Source: Oopsacas minuta (lineage: Eukaryota > Animalia > Porifera). From it: a DNA stretch of 64,000 nucleotides. Numbering within the stretch: position 1 is the first letter of the stretch; each line of letters begins with the position of its first letter. The notes under the pieces are model-generated. The model was given only the letters and a program-made list of their open reading frames with translations, ran no database searches and was not told where the DNA came from. A program made the translations under genes and the position numbers. Location of the stretch: the NCBI GenBank assembly GCA_024704765.1, contig JAKMXF010000323.1:248001-312000 (forward strand). The letters are read 5' to 3'. Of this stretch, positions 59,213 through 64,000 are shown one piece after another.

Positions 59213-62200
59213 CGTGACCTACGTTAAATAAGGCTTATGCACTAACTTTGTGAACGTGGACCATGAATTAAAGGAAGGCTATTGATCAAATTTATATTGG
59301 GTCAGATATGATATTTAATTGTGTTTAATGATTTAGAAATGATATTGAAAAGTAAATACGTATTATTATGAGTCTACTAAGGTAGGAAAATACAATTCAA
59401 TCTGAGTAGGTAAATTAAGAATGTTAATAAGAGGTGTAAATAGTACAATGGTACTTAACAAGGAAATAGTTACAAATGCACAATCTAAATCTACTAACAG
59501 TGTTCCCCAAATTCCTCCAATCAAGTACTTTTTTAAATTTCTTCAATTTCCTTGTATTTTCAGTATAAAGTCTATGTATAGAATTCATGTTCTTTATTAA
59601 ATTAGAGAGGAACAGTTAGTAACTGATGTGATTAACTTTTCTAGGATATCCCAAACAACTGTATCACAAATAGGATAGCTATGCCTCCAGCTTTGACTCT
59701 CCTCTTCTTCGATAATTTTTAGCGTTATTTTCACGATATGCTGCCTAGATGGTCCTTGGACAATATCTTTAAACAGTAGAGGGCGGTCTTCAATTGATTT
59801 ACAAATCTTCCATAAGGAAACAATGACTTCAATTACACAAGTAGATGGCCATTTCTGTGAACCTCGATCAATTAATTGGAAGAGTGTGTAAGCTGAGTGG
59901 AGTGATTCCCCAATTTCCATTTCTTTATCTTCGGTCAGAAAAGATAAACAGGCTTGACAACGGTTTGATTTCTTAAAGTAAGAAAAAATTGTATATCCAG
60001 CAATAAATGCTAGTGCTTGAAGTGTTTGTATAGTAACAGTAATATCTGAATAATTATGAAGGGAAGATATGAACTGCTTATGATCTAAAGTTGGAAAAGA
60101 CAATGTTCTGAAGGAGTAGAAAAAGAGCCAATAAACTCGTCAATGTAAAGTTGTTCTTTTGAAGTCTAACAAGAAAATAATTTAAAATACTTGATAATTT
60201 GATACGTCTTTCACTTTCGAGAATTTGACAATAGCTAATATGGTACTGAGCACCGGAATTCATTCTATATAACCAAAATGGTGTTCGGGTGGATCATTTT
60301 GTATGAAAGAAGTGCGGACATAAGTATAATCACAATCCTGCATTAGGTAGTTTATTATGGCAATTATAGCGATACAAGAATGGCGAAAGCTTGTAAAAGT
60401 TTGAGTGGTGAGTTTTCCTGTTTTTGAGGCAAGTTTTTCCATTTATCAAGCCATTCAATGACTCTTGACAGATATTTGAGTCTTGAGTCATTCAAGAAGT
60501 AACATGAGACAATTCGTCATTCAGGCGAATACCCTTTTAAGGGTTGTTAACATTAAACATTTCCAGGTATCACAAGTAATAGTGTTAAATTCAGCTGTGT
60601 GCAAATGAGAGTCGGAAGGAGTTTCTGAACAAACTTTGAGGGCAGAAGCAGTAGAATTATCAAAAACCCTCAATGCTAATTTGACATTCTGCCTCTCTAA
60701 ACTCGAAGGCCAATATGCCTTTGCTGTTAAGCGGGGATCCAATTTTGCTAGAGACCTTTGATCAGCTTTGTACAAAACTCGAATTATTCCGAAAGAAGCA
60801 GAAAGAATTAGGGAAAAATCTTCAAAGCTGAAAAACAAAATGTACAATTGATATCTTTCTGGTTTAGCCAGTTGTTCTGAATTGATTTCAGGATATGCAC
60901 AAAATCGAATGGTAAGATTAAAATTCTATTTGAATAAAAAATATCGGGAACAATGGGCTCCAAAATATATACGTTGGTGAATACATCCTGAAGATGTTCA
61001 CGTTCATAGGATAGTTATCTGTACATATAATGTTAACATACAATCCACACTCGATATCTTCTATCACTTGCTTGATAATAGGGATTATATCCATTGCAGA
61101 TGTATTTGAACATGTTAGTAGACGAACGATGGTTGACCATTTTTTAGATAAGCTAGAAACCATAAAAGCAAATCTAGTTTTGGCTGGCTCAGAAATGTTC
61201 TGTGATGATCCTATAACACTCCCTCCTATATAAGTGAATTCTGACTTCACATGGATTTCGTCCATTTGGACAATCACATTTCGTTCTCTTTGGTTGAAAT
61301 CAGAGGTAGCCTTTCCAAAAAAGTAATATATTCGCTATCCAGACCAATTTTGTAGATAAACGCTGTAGTGTTGTGTAATGTGGAAGAGAAAGTGAGTCAA
61401 GAGATTGCAAATAATGGTAGCACGCCGGAGAGATGAGTTGGCACTTGAGTGCTATTACAATAGTCCCAATGTTGTAGGTGCGATGAGTTTTCAGACGAAA
61501 CAAATTATCCAACTGACACAGAATAAAACGTAGGGAAGATAAACAGTTGATTATCTTCTTGACAAACATCTTGTATTGCCTGTGAATTCGACAACTTATC
61601 AACTGTTAGACGCAATTGTTTGGTCACTTGAACTCTGCTGGTTAAATGTAGGGGTTGATAATTCCTGTCTATGGTTTTCAATACCGATAGATGATATCTC
61701 TTCTAGCAAGTTGTCAATATCCCGAATATCAGTAATCTGCTTTATGTATTGGTAGATTTCTTTGTTGTTAGAGAAGCGCTTTGTAGAAAAAGAATCATTG
61801 ATCGAGAGAGAAGGTTCAATATAATGAGCACCAGTGACATCCGAAATAGCAGGTTGAATGAAATGGAGTTGATTCTCATCAGTAGGCCAAAGTATCCACT
61901 GCTTTGGAAGAGAAATACGGACAAGCTTAGATTTTAATTCTTCAAATCCAAGTACTTGAAATTTCTGTTCATCAATTGTTTTCTACTCCATATTCGGTTC
62001 CATCCCAAGAACCAAGTGATCACGATCATTGGTGTTTAAGTCTAACCGAGTTGACGGAGTACGTGTACATTGGGTTGGGTTGGATAGGTAACTGGGACAA
62101 CCGGGCAAAAACAGGGAACTGCAAGTGAGCAAAGTCTAGGGAGACTGCGTTTTTCTTGCAAGATGGAACCGTCTGGTTGAGGGATACTGAAGAAAAACTC

Positions 62201-62773
62201 AATATCTTCTTCACGGAAATGTTTTAGGCAGAGGTAAATCTTCTTAATTTCCTCAATACATTCTCTGTGAAGAAATTGTTTCCATTGAGAAACTATGTGA
62301 GGTGGACCAATAGGAATCTTGAAAATGGGTGTGTGGTTCACCGTCATAGTTACTCCTACAACCAGGAGCAGAACAGTTATTTGGCATTGCCAGAGAAAAG
62401 TGTGATAGAAGTCCAATTTGAACCAAAGGATCAATTAAGTCAGTGGCAGTCTCAGGAGGGGCGCATTTGCCTCGGATTTTAAAATCTTGGCCTCGTCGGG
62501 CAAATGCTGGGGCCGTCCCTGAATTAAGTGTGGGAAATAGATAGGGCAAATATGAATTAGACAAAACGGAAGAGTGATAAAGTGGGAAAATACATTATTG
62601 AGGAAATATGATGAAAGAGTATTTATAAAATGATCTAAATCGTGATAAGATTCATTACTAATATTATCGAAAGAATAAGTAAAAGTTATATTTCATTAAT
62701 ATAATAGCCTTCCTTTAATCCATGGTCCAAGTTCACAAAGTTGGTGCATAGGCCTTATTTAACGTAGGTCACG
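59213..62773 (-). mobile_element. P-element superfamily transposon (3561 bp), THAP + transposase, frameshifted (coding ~59597-62387)
   Basis: 71-bp TIRs CGTGACCTACGTTAAATAAGGC... (4 mismatches). THAP MPNNCSAPGC...FKIP...W..FL.R...LCLKHF. Transposase QMDEIHVK, CTDNYP, ERQNVKLALRVF, IQNDPPEHHFG. Flanks tggtgact/acatgact match only 5/8. Confidence 0.92.
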
Positions 62774-62779
62774 ACATGA

Positions 62780-64000
62780 CTCTATACTGAATCTGAGTAG
62801 CACAACCAGTTTGGCTTTTTCCAGATTCTCGCTGATCGGCCTAAATCTTCACTTCCTCCACTTTTTCGGCTGCTCTTCTACTGGACCATCTGCTGCCCCT
62901 GTCATCTCATTCTGGGTTCCTCTGGTACATCACTATGTCTGATACTACTGGGCTATCCTACTCAATATTTTCGACATCCGTTAGTACATCACCGTTGACA
63001 TTTTCAACACTTCCTTCATCTTTCGATGGAGGAATTTCCATACTGTTATCAGCAGGTTCAAGGTAGGGAATACATATTTTATCCCTGTTTTTTAGGGTGG
63101 CAAAGTCCGAGCGACTATGTGTCCTGAACTAATAGACGGGTTCTTAATCAGTTTTATGGGTGTTCTAGCCAGCAAGTTAGGCATGGCCTGCGCCCACACC
63201 TAGCAAGCAGTACAATAGTTGTTGATTTCCTGAACCATACCAATCCAAAAGTAATTGTGAGCTATAAGCTGTCCTATTTTGCCTCCCCAAATGTCCTGTA
63301 ATATTGTGTGCTTTCCCAAATATTTCGCTGTGTAATGTTTTTGGTACCACAATTCTGGTCCCCTTGCATATGAATTAGATCGTCCTGAGGTGATTTCTCC
63401 CATTTCACTTAGCTGAGCCCTAACGAAGCAGTGCGGCCTTGAAGTAGAGTTGCAGCCACTATGGCCCCTGTTCCTCTCTGCGCGGCGCTATATTTATCCG
63501 AGTCTCGTTCAGAGCTGATGAAAAGTAACTAATTGGCTATAGTATCCTTGTACTTGAGTCATGCTTAGAGAGGACCACTGCGATAGCGACGTTGGTAACA
63601 TCTGCCTCCACTATGAATGGGTACTCCCACACAGGGTAGCGCAGTATGACAGGAGCGGCGAAATTTTGAATTTTCGCGACAAGATTGGGGCGCCGTTTCT
63701 GAGCTTTTCATCGATTTGCTTATTTATTTGTTTCCAACTTTGTGGAATTCCACGCGGCTTTTGTTTTATCTGATAAGCCTCCACGACATTATTCGCATGC
63801 TCACCGAATTGGTGCGCGATGGTTTTGTTTGGTTTCATGCAAATACTTCGCGGAATTTAAGTAATAAGTTGATAGTTCGTTCCTTTCTTCGGGTTGTAGG
63901 TCCGGGTATCTTATTGCCTCTATTGCGCTCTCCAAGCAATCGTGATTACCTCATCCTATTCAGTGTCTTGTGAGATTTGAGATTGACTGAGAGCGGTACC
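62780..64000 (-). mobile_element. Gypsy pol relic with large internal deletions (continues beyond window)
   Basis: Minus strand: pre-RT linker (KFREVFA..EH..IKQKPRGIP..QIDEKLRNG), RNase H (PFIVEADVTNVAIAVVLS..PISYFS), integrase zinc-finger part (NYFWIGMVQEINNYCTAC), tail RSARIWKKPNW. Confidence 0.75.

Noticed and set aside
63716-63973. Plus-strand VRSFLRVVG resembling an RT thumb motif
   Set aside because: The opposite strand gives the coherent Gypsy domain order, so this is a coincidence.

Overview
AT-rich eukaryotic (animal) scaffold segment with spliceosomal GT-AG introns and one assembly gap (6576-7306). A Nextera/Tn5 adapter is embedded at 7341-7359. A sponge origin, possibly hexactinellid, is my inference from the intronless housekeeping genes and the MATA-starting NHL expansion; it is not demonstrated. 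Host genes: one intact plus six broken or fragmentary copies of an intronless coiled-coil + NHL beta-propeller family; a 4-exon, 330-aa cathepsin-L-like gene whose catalytic Cys is replaced by Gly; a PH-domain/PPxY gene; a Spinster (SPNS1-like) MFS transporter; and NOSIP. Much of the rest is transposon-derived: an intron-rich Ginger1-type DNA transposon (Gypsy-like integrase + OTU protease, 141-bp TIRs), two decayed mariners, an intact Tigger/pogo, one full-length and one partial THAP/P element, two Gypsy relics, hAT remnants, a modular non-autonomous Helitron-like family ending in CTCG, several long foldback palindromes and many MITEs, often nested. No rRNA, tRNA or CRISPR array was found. 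All alignments were done by eye, and repeat boundaries are approximate unless termini are quoted.
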